A stretch of 64,000 bases of DNA from Malacoraja senta. Its lineage: Eukaryota. The translations under genes and the position numbers were made by a program. The stretch covers positions 12,524,001-12,588,000 of the forward strand of contig CM075981.1 of assembly GCA_038087875.1 (NCBI GenBank), written 5' to 3'. The notes beneath the pieces are model-generated. The model had not been told where the DNA came from, did not search any database, and was given only the letters and a program-made list of their open reading frames with translations. Position 1 is the stretch's first letter, and each line of letters begins with the position of its first letter. This document shows, one piece after another, positions 54,901 through 64,000 of the stretch.

Positions 54901-57900
54901 GTGTACAAAATACAATCTTCAACATTTACCTGGATGGTTCCAATTCATCTTTAACCTCTTTTATCAAGAAAACTCATGCGCCCGGACAACAATAACTCTG
55001 AGGAGATTGCTACACTGAGGACATGCCGATTTATGACTAATGCCAACCAAACACTCACACTTTGGCAGATTGTAAAGAGATAGTTTTGGGATTTCTTCCA
55101 GTAATCCACACATCGCAGTGAGCAGGCAATGATTAGTGGAAAGTCTGTGACATGGAGTGCAAAACATTTAAGGCCTTGTTCAGTTTGACTCAAATGTTGA
55201 TCTAAGAGGCTATGGAATAATCAGGTACTCACTCGTTATTGGTATCAAAGTTGATGCAATTACTAGCCTTAAAATGTGTCTAATGCCATTCATGAACGGT
55301 ATACAGCAAGATGGATCTCTTTCATGATCCCCCCCTCTTATGTTCAACTGCATATAAATGAGGCACAAACTATCAATTCTGTTTCTCTTTTCACAGATGC
55401 TGAGTATTTCCAGCATTTTGTTTTTATTTTTGGTATCCAGCTTTTCCTTTTTTATTCGCAACCTTGACGTCCTGATTGACCCTGAGATTATCCTTTTCTG
55501 GGTATTTACACTGCCACTATTTCTATAGAGATACTTTTTTTTTGGTGATAGTACTTGCTGGTACAGCAAAAAGGCATCTCTATAAAGTTGAATTCTTAAA
55601 TTTCAAATTTCAAATTTTTTAAATTTCAGTTGTTACAAAAAGATTACTAAAGTAAAAAAAAAAAAAATGTATTCATTAAATTAAGTGTTCGGGCCCTTAA
55701 ACAGCTTATAGGACGACAATCTGCCATAGATAGCAACAGCAAGGAAAGATAAGCATACCTGCACTTTTTCTTCTACAAAAGAACCATAGCAACATCTTTT
55801 CTTCTGCAAAGAACCACTGGATAAGATTAACTGATTCCAGCCCGAGAAAGCCAATTTGCTGCAGAAATCCACATACATGCATTGTTCATTTAATTCCAAT
55901 GCACTCCAAGCTGGTTCTCGGGAACATTTATCCTTCAGCCATCACACGTTTATGCTCATCCAAACATTGTCCTCCCATCAAGTTCTGCACACCTATCACT
56001 TTTACATTGGTATAGGTAAATCTCAACTTTAACATTGTCACCATGTCGTGGTGGAGAAGCTTGTGTGGTCCTGAGATCCTGAGAGCGATGCTGTCTGGAG
56101 CTATGCTCCTGGTAGGGCCACCCATTGCGGTAAGGTCGAGGGGGAGGTCCCTGGCAAAGAGCAATTCAACCAAGACCTCAACGGTGGAACAGGCGGAGCA
56201 TGATGTCTGACTTTCGTGGAGCATAACAACGGCTGGGAAGGCGGATGAAGGCTGCAGCAGAAAAGGGTCCCGGTCGTCTTGGACTCCATGCCACTGGATC
56301 CTGACCCAGATCTGTCAAGGACCGTGTGGTAGCTGTCTCCCCACGTTAAACAAAGTCACGCACAGGCGTCCTCCATAGAGAGGATAGTCATACTCGTTTC
56401 GAGTGACCGCCGATGATGATGATCTCTGCAACATTTCAATGCCCAACAAATCTTTCTAATATCTGCTGTTCTGCACTCCTAACATTTTGCCAACCCGATT
56501 GTAATAATTTCATCACTGACAACTGCTTGGTAGTAAACTCAGAAATTCTATCTCCATTTCCTGTTTCTTTAAAGTTCTCCTTAAAACCATGGGGCTACTA
56601 TCATTGATGGGGTATTGGTGACTGCAGAAGGGAAATGTAGACAGTGGGGCAAGTAGATTAGCTTGGAGAGTAGAGGAAAGCACTCCTCCTGGCTTACAAG
56701 AAACAGTAGAAAGGCAATTAATTATTTCATACAGAAGTCTATGCATCTGTTTATCTACTGATTTCCTGAATCAAAGCTAAACTTGGAACAGATAAAATCA
56801 AGGCACACTTCTAATAAAACATAAATTAATAAATCACCTGAAGGTTAATTGGTGCCCGCCTCACTCACGTCCTCTTTAACCCTTGAGATGCGCAATCATG
56901 ATGTCGATTGGACACAGGATTTATGTCTTAAATAACAGTCAACCGAAATCTTCCCTCTTGAGTTTTAGAATCCTCACTTTTATTTCTATCACCTGTTGAC
57001 TTTCTATAACCTGAATCTTGAAACTATTATTCAGTATCAGAAACACTCATTTGCTAGACATTGTATGTCCAGCTATTTTGTAAGCATCTTGGTAAGTGCA
57101 AATATCAGAATTTATTTGCAGAGACTATCTTATTACTGTACATAGAGCTAATTTTCTTTATTTTTGTGGTTTTAGCTACGTAACAGAGAATAACATGCCA
57201 TTTTGAAATTATTGTTAATTGTAAGTCATTTTCGTGCCTCAACTAACTTAGGCTAGTGGAATCAAGGAATATGGGAAGAAGGCAGGCACGGGTTATTGAT
57301 TGGGGACGATCAGCCATGATCACAATGAATGGCGGTGCTGGCTCGAAGGGCCGCATGGCCTCCTCCTGCACCTATTTTCTATGTTTCTAAGTAAAACAAT
57401 TGGATTATTTCAGTGCAGAGGCATTTTATTTCTAAAAAATAAATTAATCTTAAATTAAGTCAAATAAATGCACATGTACTGTATGGTTTCACAAACCGGA
57501 GTCATAAAATAAACTCCAAGAATTATTCACATTCATACAAATGTAGCTCTATAATTTTTAAGTATTTGAAAAATCTTCACTTATTGCATATGAAGAAAAT
57601 TTTAATTTGTTTTTGGAGAAGTCAAGACATATTGCATTGGGAACTATTGAGTTGTAAAATCCCCCCCCCCCCCCCTCCAAAATAAAAGTTCTTAAGTCTG
57701 CTCTTTTGAATTTACAAAAATCATGTTATAACAGGGAACCAAGTTAGCTTTTCTGGAAGGATCTTATTTGCAACCATAATTTTGTGCTAGTTTCACAGGA
57801 AATCGTTTTCTTTATTCACTTGAACAATTTTATTAGCAAATTACAGGAAACCTGTGTTTAGATTATTTTACATTTCCATCCGGCTGTTATATATGGAACT

Positions 57901-58381
57901 TCACTGTTCCCTTTCGGTACATATGACAACACTTGAAAGAAAATTCAGTCATTCTCAATAGTGGGGTTTTCCCGAACTAGTTTCCATAAAACAGATGGCT
58001 ATTTTTTGGGACATTACAAAGTTTTAAAGTTTAACGCCTTGTCTAAAAGATGAATATTTACCTACTGTGCTTGTACTGTTGCAGTAACATTATGCCAATG
58101 ATCATTGTACACAACTTAAAGCTCTTTTTTTTTCTCCTGCAGATCGACCCTATTTAAAGAATAAAACACATGTAGAAAAATTACAGGAGCCTCTTTTGGA
58201 GATTTTACACAAGTACTCCAAGATCCATCATCCCGAGAGTCCGCAGCGCTTTGCTCGGCTTTTGGGTCGACTTACTCAGCTTAGAACTCTTAACCACAAT
58301 CATTCAGAGGTATTAATGTCCTGGAAGATGAAGGATCAGAAACTTACACCCTTGCTCTGTGAAATTTGGGATGTCCAATGA
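30843..58381 (+). CDS. NR1H5: Farnesoid X receptor beta-type nuclear receptor, spliced CDS join(30843..30939,38003..38365,41182..41322,44240..44379,46385..46489,47534..47633,49138..49266,52089..52217,53007..53120,58143..58381), about 518 aa
   Basis: Ten exons with canonical AG/GT ends join in frame (1557 nt including stop). They encode a C4 zinc-finger DBD ([32 protein letters not shown]), a hinge and an LBD ending [14 protein letters not shown] family is certain. Beta assignment rests on [32 protein letters not shown] and the extra LBD exon. Confidence 0.88.
32529..32654 (+). mobile_element. Penelope-derived short insertion
   Basis: TSD TTAAAACTAACA at 32517-32528 and 32655-32666; starts near gggtcttgacctgaaacgtc. 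Confidence 0.75.
32825..33155 (-). mobile_element. Diverged V-SINE
   Basis: Reverse-strand head, V-domain and tail words. Confidence 0.7.
33195..37530 (-). mobile_element. Decayed Sola1-type DNA transposon (extent approximate; transposase remnant 35772-37134)
   Basis: Minus-strand ORF pieces give [77 protein letters not shown] and YFEKGH, broken by frameshifts. Repeated 24-27 bp motifs at 33195-33462 look like a terminus. Confidence 0.7.
33533..33842. repeat. CA-rich low-complexity tract and (GAT)n(AAT)n microsatellite
   Basis: Directly visible. Confidence 0.85.
37712..37926. mobile_element. Penelope-derived fold-back insertion
   Basis: Diverged inverted arms; 14-bp TSD CTGCATATTCAAAA at 37698-37711 and 37927-37940. 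Confidence 0.75.
38003..38365 (+). CDS. NR1H5: FXR-beta coding exon 2 (A/B domain plus first zinc finger)
   Basis: ttcag|AG GTT CTG = [29 protein letters not shown]...[25 protein letters not shown]|gtaaga. Overlaps ORF 38053..38400. Confidence 0.97.
38528..38945 (+). mobile_element. CR1 3' end with long G run
   Basis: Shares the 3' ORF/UTR words of the other CR1 copies. Confidence 0.8.
41182..41322 (+). CDS. NR1H5: FXR-beta coding exon 3 (second zinc finger)
   Basis: accag|GA TTC TTC CGC = [47 protein letters not shown], donor gtaagt; 141 nt. Confidence 0.98.
41590..42020 (+). mobile_element. CR1 3' fragment
   Basis: ORF 41571..42020 ([22 protein letters not shown]). Confidence 0.8.
42931..43054 (-). 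mobile_element. Penelope-derived short insertion
   Basis: 16-bp TSD CATAGTACAGTACAGT at 42915-42930 and 43055-43070; truncated within the hammerhead core. Confidence 0.8.
43071..44160. repeat. Cluster of CR1 3' fragments in both orientations
   Basis: ORFs 43054..43284 (-) and 43305..43664 (+) both carry QRxVxxWNxLP. Confidence 0.75.
44240..44379 (+). CDS. NR1H5: FXR-beta coding exon 4 (CTE/hinge)
   Basis: ttctag|GT TTG = [47 protein letters not shown]|gtaaga. Confidence 0.97.
44641..44925 (+). mobile_element. tRNA-derived V-SINE (HE1-like)
   Basis: Same head, V-domain and tail as 59131-59437. Confidence 0.8.
45420..46030. repeat. Intronic dispersed repeat, copy 1
   Basis: Colinear with 52310-52800 (for example aattcttagccctgttatcca, tccatttccactgcatt). 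Confidence 0.85.
46385..46489 (+). CDS. NR1H5: FXR-beta coding exon 5 (LBD helix 1)
   Basis: tacag|[35 protein letters not shown]|gtaagt; phase 0/0. Confidence 0.93.
47534..47633 (+). CDS. NR1H5: FXR-beta coding exon 6 (LBD helix 3)
   Basis: atcag|[34 protein letters not shown]|gtgagt; 100 nt. Confidence 0.95.
48370..48990 (-). mobile_element. Penelope-like element 3' part (GIY-YIG remnant plus terminal repeat)
   Basis: Minus strand reads [29 protein letters not shown], followed by the same terminal repeat as the short copies. Confidence 0.8.
49138..49266 (+). CDS. NR1H5: FXR-beta coding exon 7 (LBD helices 4-5)
   Basis: ttaag|[44 protein letters not shown]|gtgagt; NR signature [14 protein letters not shown]. 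Confidence 0.95.
50867..51004. mobile_element. Penelope-derived fold-back insertion
   Basis: 13-bp TSD ACAAATAATTCCA at 50854-50866 and 51005-51017. Confidence 0.8.
51330..51970 (+). mobile_element. Old Penelope-like fragment (GIY-YIG remnant)
   Basis: tccaaccttatctattgcattatgtgctccagatgaggcctcttctacataagtgaaaccaagc = [20 protein letters not shown]. Confidence 0.65.
52089..52217 (+). CDS. NR1H5: FXR-beta coding exon 8 (LBD insertion exon, 43 codons)
   Basis: Long pyrimidine tract and ttccag acceptor. Open in phase 1/1: [44 protein letters not shown]|gtacta. Position fits the FXR-beta-specific LBD insertion; the sequence is not conserved enough to confirm by eye. Confidence 0.75.
52310..52800. 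repeat. Intronic dispersed repeat, copy 2
   Basis: Colinear with 45420-46030, same orientation. Confidence 0.85.
53007..53120 (+). CDS. NR1H5: FXR-beta coding exon 9 (LBD helices 7-8)
   Basis: accag|[38 protein letters not shown]|gtaaaa; 114 nt. Confidence 0.96.
53223..53765 (-). mobile_element. Vingi/Ingi-like non-LTR retrotransposon 3' end
   Basis: [19 protein letters not shown]...[19 protein letters not shown]-terminal knuckle; 3' end cattcgtacgaaga. Confidence 0.65.
56037..56423 (+). mobile_element. Short non-autonomous RTE-derived element
   Basis: Starts tgtcgtggtggagaagcttgtg...gagagcgatgc...ctggtagggccaccca, resembling RTE (Expander/BovB-type) 5' UTRs. No ORF; (GAT)n tail. Confidence 0.6.
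58143..58381 (+). CDS. NR1H5: FXR-beta last coding exon (helices 9-12, AF-2)
   Basis: Pyrimidine tract plus ctgcag|[79 protein letters not shown]. Confidence 0.98.
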
Positions 58382-58970
58382 AGGATTATAGCAGAACATT
58401 GTTACAAATTTTTGGACTGGTCAGTGCAAGTGTAAATCCAGCTTTTATTTTGTAGCACAAATTCATGACAAAATAAAAAATGCAAGATCTCCCTTTAATT
58501 TCCATCAGTCAACAGCTACTTTGCCAAATCAATCATCTTGGTGCTCATTACAGTCGCTAAAGTTTTCTTTGCATAATCTAACTTTTTGTTTATTATACTG
58601 ACCAACAGCTTGTCGCTTGGTCTTTATATTTGTAAAGCATCTGTTCTTATTCAGTATAAGGATGACCCACCGGTGATCAAGACAGGTATTATTCACCTTT
58701 TTAAATAAACTGTTCTGGAGATTGCGGAGACCTCTTAACAGAGCAATAGATAAATCAGCCTTTGGATAGTTGCAATTCCCAATTTTTTTAAATTCGTATA
58801 ATCTTTAAAAGTTTTTAACATGATTTTTATAGAAATTAGTACATTGCTGGGGTATGGAATTACAAAATCGCTAAAATGCATTTCAGATTGTTTTATCATT
58901 TATTATATATTTTAACGGTTTATGGAAGAAAATGTAACATATCTTAAAATGCTAGAATTTAAGAATATTC

Positions 58971-58976
58971 AATAAA
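58971..58976 (+). terminator. Candidate polyadenylation signal of the FXR gene
   Basis: AATAAA about 590 nt after the stop, followed by a GT/T-rich tract. An alternative AATAAA lies at 58704. Confidence 0.5.
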
Positions 58977-59130
58977 CTTTTATATTATATAGTGTTTTGA
59001 ATTTTAATTTAAAACAATCGGCATCAATAGAATTATTGGTTCATACAGCGCAATTAAAAAATACAAAAATTAATTCAATGAAAATGTAGTCTACATTTTG
59101 GAAGACAAATTAAATGAAACAATTCTGTGC

Positions 59131-59437
59131 GACACAGCGGCACAGCTGGTAGAGCCACTGCCTCATAGCTACGGAGATCCAGGTTCGATCCTGAACTCAG
59201 ATGCTGTCTGTGTAGAGTTTGCACATTCTCCCTGTAGTTTAGGTTTCCTTTGGGTGTTCTTGTTTCCTCCCACATCCCGAAGACGTGTGGGTTTGTAGGT
59301 TAATTGGCCCAGTGTTGGGAGTGGCTGAGAAAAAATGGAATAACATAGAACTAGTGTGAACGGGTGATGGATGGTTGGCGAGGACTTGGTGGGCCAAAGG
59401 GCCTGTTTCCATGCTGTATCTCTAAACTAAACTAAAT
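59131..59437 (+). mobile_element. tRNA-derived V-SINE (HE1-like)
   Basis: A/B-box-like head (ggcacagctggtagagc, ggttcgatcc), V-domain gtagagtttgcacattctcc, CR1-like tail ending (ctaaa)n. Confidence 0.85.
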
Positions 59438-60264
59438 CAAAAGTAACACATGGGAATTTGTATTGTCACTGCAAAGTAGGCATGGCAATATATTCATTGT
59501 GTGGTCTTCTAGCTTCACTTTTACGTTTCTTTAAATTGTTTTTCTATAGGTTGATTGTTACAATTGGACCCGGTGTTGGTAAGGCCATACCAGGAGTATT
59601 ATGCACAGTTATGATCCCCTCACCTAAGAGAAGATCAAGTAGCAATGGAGATAGTCCCAAGATATTCACTGCAGTAATTCTTGAAATGAGAGGATTGTTC
59701 TATCGAGATAGATTTGTATTCTTTGGGGTTTAGGAGAATGAAAGATGATCATATCGAAGCAAACAAGATTCCAAGGGGGCATAACATGGTACATATCAAG
59801 ATGTAGTCACTACTGAAAGAATTTTGAACAAGGAGACATAGTTACAAGTTAAGGAGCTGAACTAAAATCCATAGAAATTTCTTCATGCAGAGACTTTAGG
59901 AGACTTGTGCACATTGCAGGATTTCAGCATTCTTAACATTGGAGGTTAACTTGGTAAAAGTGGAGACTGATCAAATTTGAAAGTTTGGGGGGTTTGAGGA
60001 CCATGGTGATCTGATGGAGTGTCTACTCCTGCACCTGTTCTCTTGTGTTCTTGGATTCTTATTTTGTTCTATATTTATTATAGGAGATCACTTAAGAATT
60101 GTGTATGGAGATAAACTTTATTTGTCTCACAATTTTCTTCCCAAACTATTTTAGTGAGCTTTCTGAAAGACAAGTCTGAGCCCTCAGGTTAGGATACCCA
60201 ATGACCAAGGAATATCACAATATATGTCATGGCTGTTAAATGTTAAGAATGCTGATATCCTGCA

Positions 60265-61362
60265 ATGAGAGTAATGGTGGATGGCTGTTTGTCAGGTTGG
60301 AGGCCGGTGACTAGTGGGGTGCCTCAGGGGTCTGTGTTGGGTCCACTGTCGTTTGTCATGTACATCAATGATCTGGATGAAGGTGTGGAAAATTGGATTA
60401 GTAAGTATGCAGATGATACTAAGATAGGTGGTGTTGTGGATAATGAAGTAGATTTTCAAAGTCTACAGAGAGATTTAGGACATTTGGAAGAGTGGGCTGA
60501 AAGATGGCAGATGGAGTTTAATGCTGACAAATGTGAGGTGCTACATCTCGGCAGGACAAATCAAAATAGGACGTACACGGTAAATGGTAGCGAATTGAGG
60601 AATGCAGTTGAACAGAGGGATCTAGGAATAACTGTGCATAGTTCCCTGAAGGTGGAATCTCATGTAGATAGGGTGGTAAAGAAAGCTTTTGGTGTGCTGG
60701 CCTTTATAAATCAGAGCATTGAATATAGAAGTTGGGATGTAATGTTAAAATTGTACAAGGCATTGGTGAGGCCAATTCTGGAGTATGGAGTACAATTTTG
60801 GTCGCCTAATTATAGGAAGGATGTCAACAAAATAGAGAGAGTACAGAGGAGATTTACCAGAATGTTGCCTGGGTTTCAGCAACTAAGTTACAGAGAAAGG
60901 TTGAACAAGTTAGGTCTTTATTCTTTGGAGCGCAGAAGGTTAAGAGGGGACTTGATAGAGGTCTTTAAAATTATGAGCGGGTTAGACAGAGTGGACGTGG
61001 ATAAGCTTTTCCCATTGAGAGTAGGGAAGATTCAAACAAGGGGACATGACTTGAGAATTAAGGGACAGAAGTTTAGGGGGAACATTAGGGGGAACTTCTT
61101 TACTCAGAGAGTGGTAGCTGTGTGGAATGAGCTTCCAGTGGTGGAGGCAGGTTTGATGTTATCCTTTAAAAATAGATTGGATGGGTATATGGACGGGAAA
61201 GGAATGGAGAGTTATGGTCTGAGTGCAGGTAGATGGGACTAGGGGGAAGTATTTATTTTTAATTTAAAAAAAAAAAAAAAAAAAAAATTTAAATGTTCAG
61301 CACGGACTTGAAGGGCCGAGATGGCCTGTTTCCGTGCTGTTATGGTTATATGGTTATATGGT
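60265..61362 (+). mobile_element. Young 5'-truncated CR1 LINE (uninterrupted 325-aa ORF2 C-terminus)
   Basis: GVPQGSVLGP, YADD, FFTQRVV; 3' UTR ending in (tatggtta) repeats. Confidence 0.95.
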
Positions 61363-62370
61363 GCACGTTTCTATATCTGAAAGTTATCTGTCCAGTAGGA
61401 CATTAACAGGGGATGTTAATTTTCCCATAAAGCCAATACAATTATTGGGATTCACAGTATAACAACAGGTCCTTAAAAGCGGCAGTGCTTCTGGCTGAAA
61501 ACTCACTCTTCCCATCTTCCTGAGCCCCAGGATCTACAGGTGGTAGGACCTGGTTCTTGAGGCTTAGGGCCAACCTATTGCAAATAGGAGCAAAGGTCTA
61601 GGCATCTCCCACTCTAGTATTCATTCTGAATAGTTGTTTTAAAGAACTGTGACAAACACAGAAGGCTGCAAGATACTTTGAATTTCCATCCATGCTCCTA
61701 TGACCCTCTTCTGAGAGACAGCACAAGTGTGTGAATGTGACGGATTCCCAGGTTAAACAGTATGAAGAGGTTAAACAGTATGAAGGGTTCCGAACCAAAA
61801 CATCACCTATTCTTTTTCTCCACCTTCTTGAAAGCAAAGTTAGGTTTTCTGTATTTTTCTTTGAATGACCATGTGCTGCCTTTCCAGATTAATACATTTC
61901 AGAAATAAGGGGATCGTGAGCTATATTTTCTTTTAATACCCTTTAGTTTATTGAAGATTATTTCATAAACCATTCAGTACAGGAGACTGACCCACATTGA
62001 CAGCCCTTTGCTCTGGATCTTTTGTAATGCACAAGCCCTAATACCATACTGTTGGAATACAATTTTAGCTTCTCTTGTTCGGTAATGCTACTGATGACAA
62101 TCGTGTGACTATGGGTTTGAGATGGGATGGGTTGTTTTATCATAGGAGCACACTACCCTAATGTGAAGCTGTGGTAATTTCCATCCAAATTTTGTAAAGT
62201 TTTCCCGATGTACTTTATTTGGTGCATATTATTTGGCCACGTGCAGTTATGTCCTAGCAATTAAATGTTTATCTGGACACTTCATTGCGTGACCATAATG
62301 TTAATTTAATTTGGCTCCGCAGTGCAGCACAGGAACAGGCCCTTCGGCCCATAGCGTCTGTGTTGAACAT

Positions 62371-64000
62371 GACGTAGCGATGTTACAATACCTACCTTCA
62401 GCGGTGCTGCAGTTCTGCCACTGGCCGTGTGCGCGACTTTGGCGCCTTTGCGGGGGGGGGGGATTAAAATGCAGATTTGTACCGCTTATCGGAGAGGTAT
62501 TTCCTCGGGCTGCGAGTCGATGAAGAAAAATCGATCGGACTTCCGTTCCCGTTTTAATTTTAAGTCGCTGTACAATTTAATAGTTTGATTAAAATATAAT
62601 GCGACTTCTAACGCCCTCAATGCCTACAATGTGACGGATCGCAAGAACGGGAACAAACAAAGGGTAAGTCGTTTATTTTACATGTAATCTTCCTTCTTGG
62701 GGTGGCTTTAATCTAATTTTACGTTGCGAAAATGTGATTTGGGCCCCTTATGATTCGGCAGTGTCTTTCCTGCTGATATGGGCTTCAAATTCACCGCAAA
62801 TGCAATGTTCCAATCCAGAAACACCCACTCGCAAGATGATTTAAATCCTCTTTTTTTTTTGGACAATCGTGTCATAAGAACATCTAAACCGTCTATATTT
62901 TGTGTAATTGTATAATCAATATTTTTATACTAAATATACACAACAGCTTTAGCCACATTTATTGTGCAAAAAATAATAATTTTGATTATATTGGAAGTAG
63001 ATGTTTCTAGATTAATTTATGGGAATTAAACATTAAATTCCTTCCATCTGGCATATGTACATGACAGTGAGATTTAAAGAGCATGTTATATTGTGAATTC
63101 TTGTGTGAATGGGATTAGTTTGTTATTTGGATACTTAGGCTATTTAAAACAATTATCCTTTTCTTAAGAAATGGAATCTACAGGACATTCTTAATGGGAA
63201 AGTAGTGGGCAGAAAGGCATGTCATGCGTGGTTTGAAGAGCAAAAACTTGTAGTTTACAATGCCAAAAGTGAAAAGTTGAGGAAAAACAAGGTGTAGATT
63301 TGCTTATTGGTTACAATCTGCAGAGTATGATGATGCTATTGATTATGATATGCCAATGTACCAGGTAGCAACTGATCTTCTCCATAAAGACTCGGTCTAT
63401 TGCTAGAAATTGTAATTTATTTACCTATCTGTATGGACTTACAGCATATAATACAATAATATTATAGTTCTGATCTTGAGAATATCACATTTTTGAATTG
63501 TCAGGGCAGTCTGGGTGTTTATTACTATTTCCGTCACAACGGTTAATTTTGTAATTAGCTACAATTAGGTAACTAACTAATTATAGGCTTTAATTTCAGG
63601 TCATCCAAGTAAGATGTTTTATGTCGTAAGATGTCTGAAGAAGGGTTTCGGCCCGAAACGTTGCCTATTTCTTTCGCTCCATAGATGCTGCTGCACCCGC
63701 TGAGTTTCTCCAGCATTTTTGTGTACCTTCAATTTTCCAGCATCTGCAGTTCCTTCTTAAACAAAGATGTTTTATATTTGTTTCAGAATACATCAATCTA
63801 TAATAACTGAATCTTTAATACAGTTCTCTTAATTTTTAAGAAATTTATGGGCTTTTGACAGTCCTCGATCACAGCTTTTGTGTTCTCAATGGAAAAGCAA
63901 TAGGGAACAAGATGCTAATTTCAGAGTATGAAAATGGCCATAACTTTTTTAATACTTAAGATATGAAAGTGAATTAGGTGTCAAATTAAACTTCGTTTTG
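62371..64000. mobile_element. Probable non-autonomous DNA transposon running off the window end
   Basis: Abrupt CpG-rich start (cgtagcgatgttac) interrupting a CR1/SINE tail. Holds an internal coding-like remnant at 63181-63406. Second end not in window. Confidence 0.45.
63633..63665 (+). ncRNA. Minimal hammerhead ribozyme core (Penelope type)
   Basis: gtCTGAAGAagggtttcggcccGAAACgttgcc, at the start of a 63633-63762 repeat flanked by aagatgttttat direct repeats. Confidence 0.7.

Noticed and set aside
59131-59200. tRNA-like sequence
   Set aside because: It is the head of a V-SINE, not a tRNA gene.
60265-61242. Longest ORF (325 aa) as a host gene
   Set aside because: It is a 5'-truncated CR1 ORF2 with the element's 3' UTR and tail.

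Overview
AT-rich, repeat-dense vertebrate genomic DNA. The repeat content (HE1/V-SINE-type tRNA SINEs, CR1 LINEs, Penelope-type terminal repeats) points to an elasmobranch, probably a skate or ray. The window holds one host gene on the + strand, a farnesoid X receptor. I read ten coding exons by hand (30843-58381, all GT-AG, phases consistent, 1557 nt, about 518 aa). Diagnostic residues ([36 protein letters not shown]) and an extra LBD exon favour FXR-beta (NR1H5) over FXR-alpha (NR1H4). The introns and flanks carry several less usual mobile elements. These are a decayed Sola1-type DDD transposon with an invertebrate-like composition, a young Hero-type REL retrotransposon with an ATTAA TSD, a Vingi/Ingi-like 3' end and a short RTE-derived element. 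There is also a TTAA MITE, an L1 with a 12-bp TSD, and many Penelope-derived fold-back insertions carrying minimal hammerhead-ribozyme cores. Family assignments rest on recalled motifs, not database searches. Repeat boundaries are approximate unless a TSD is quoted.
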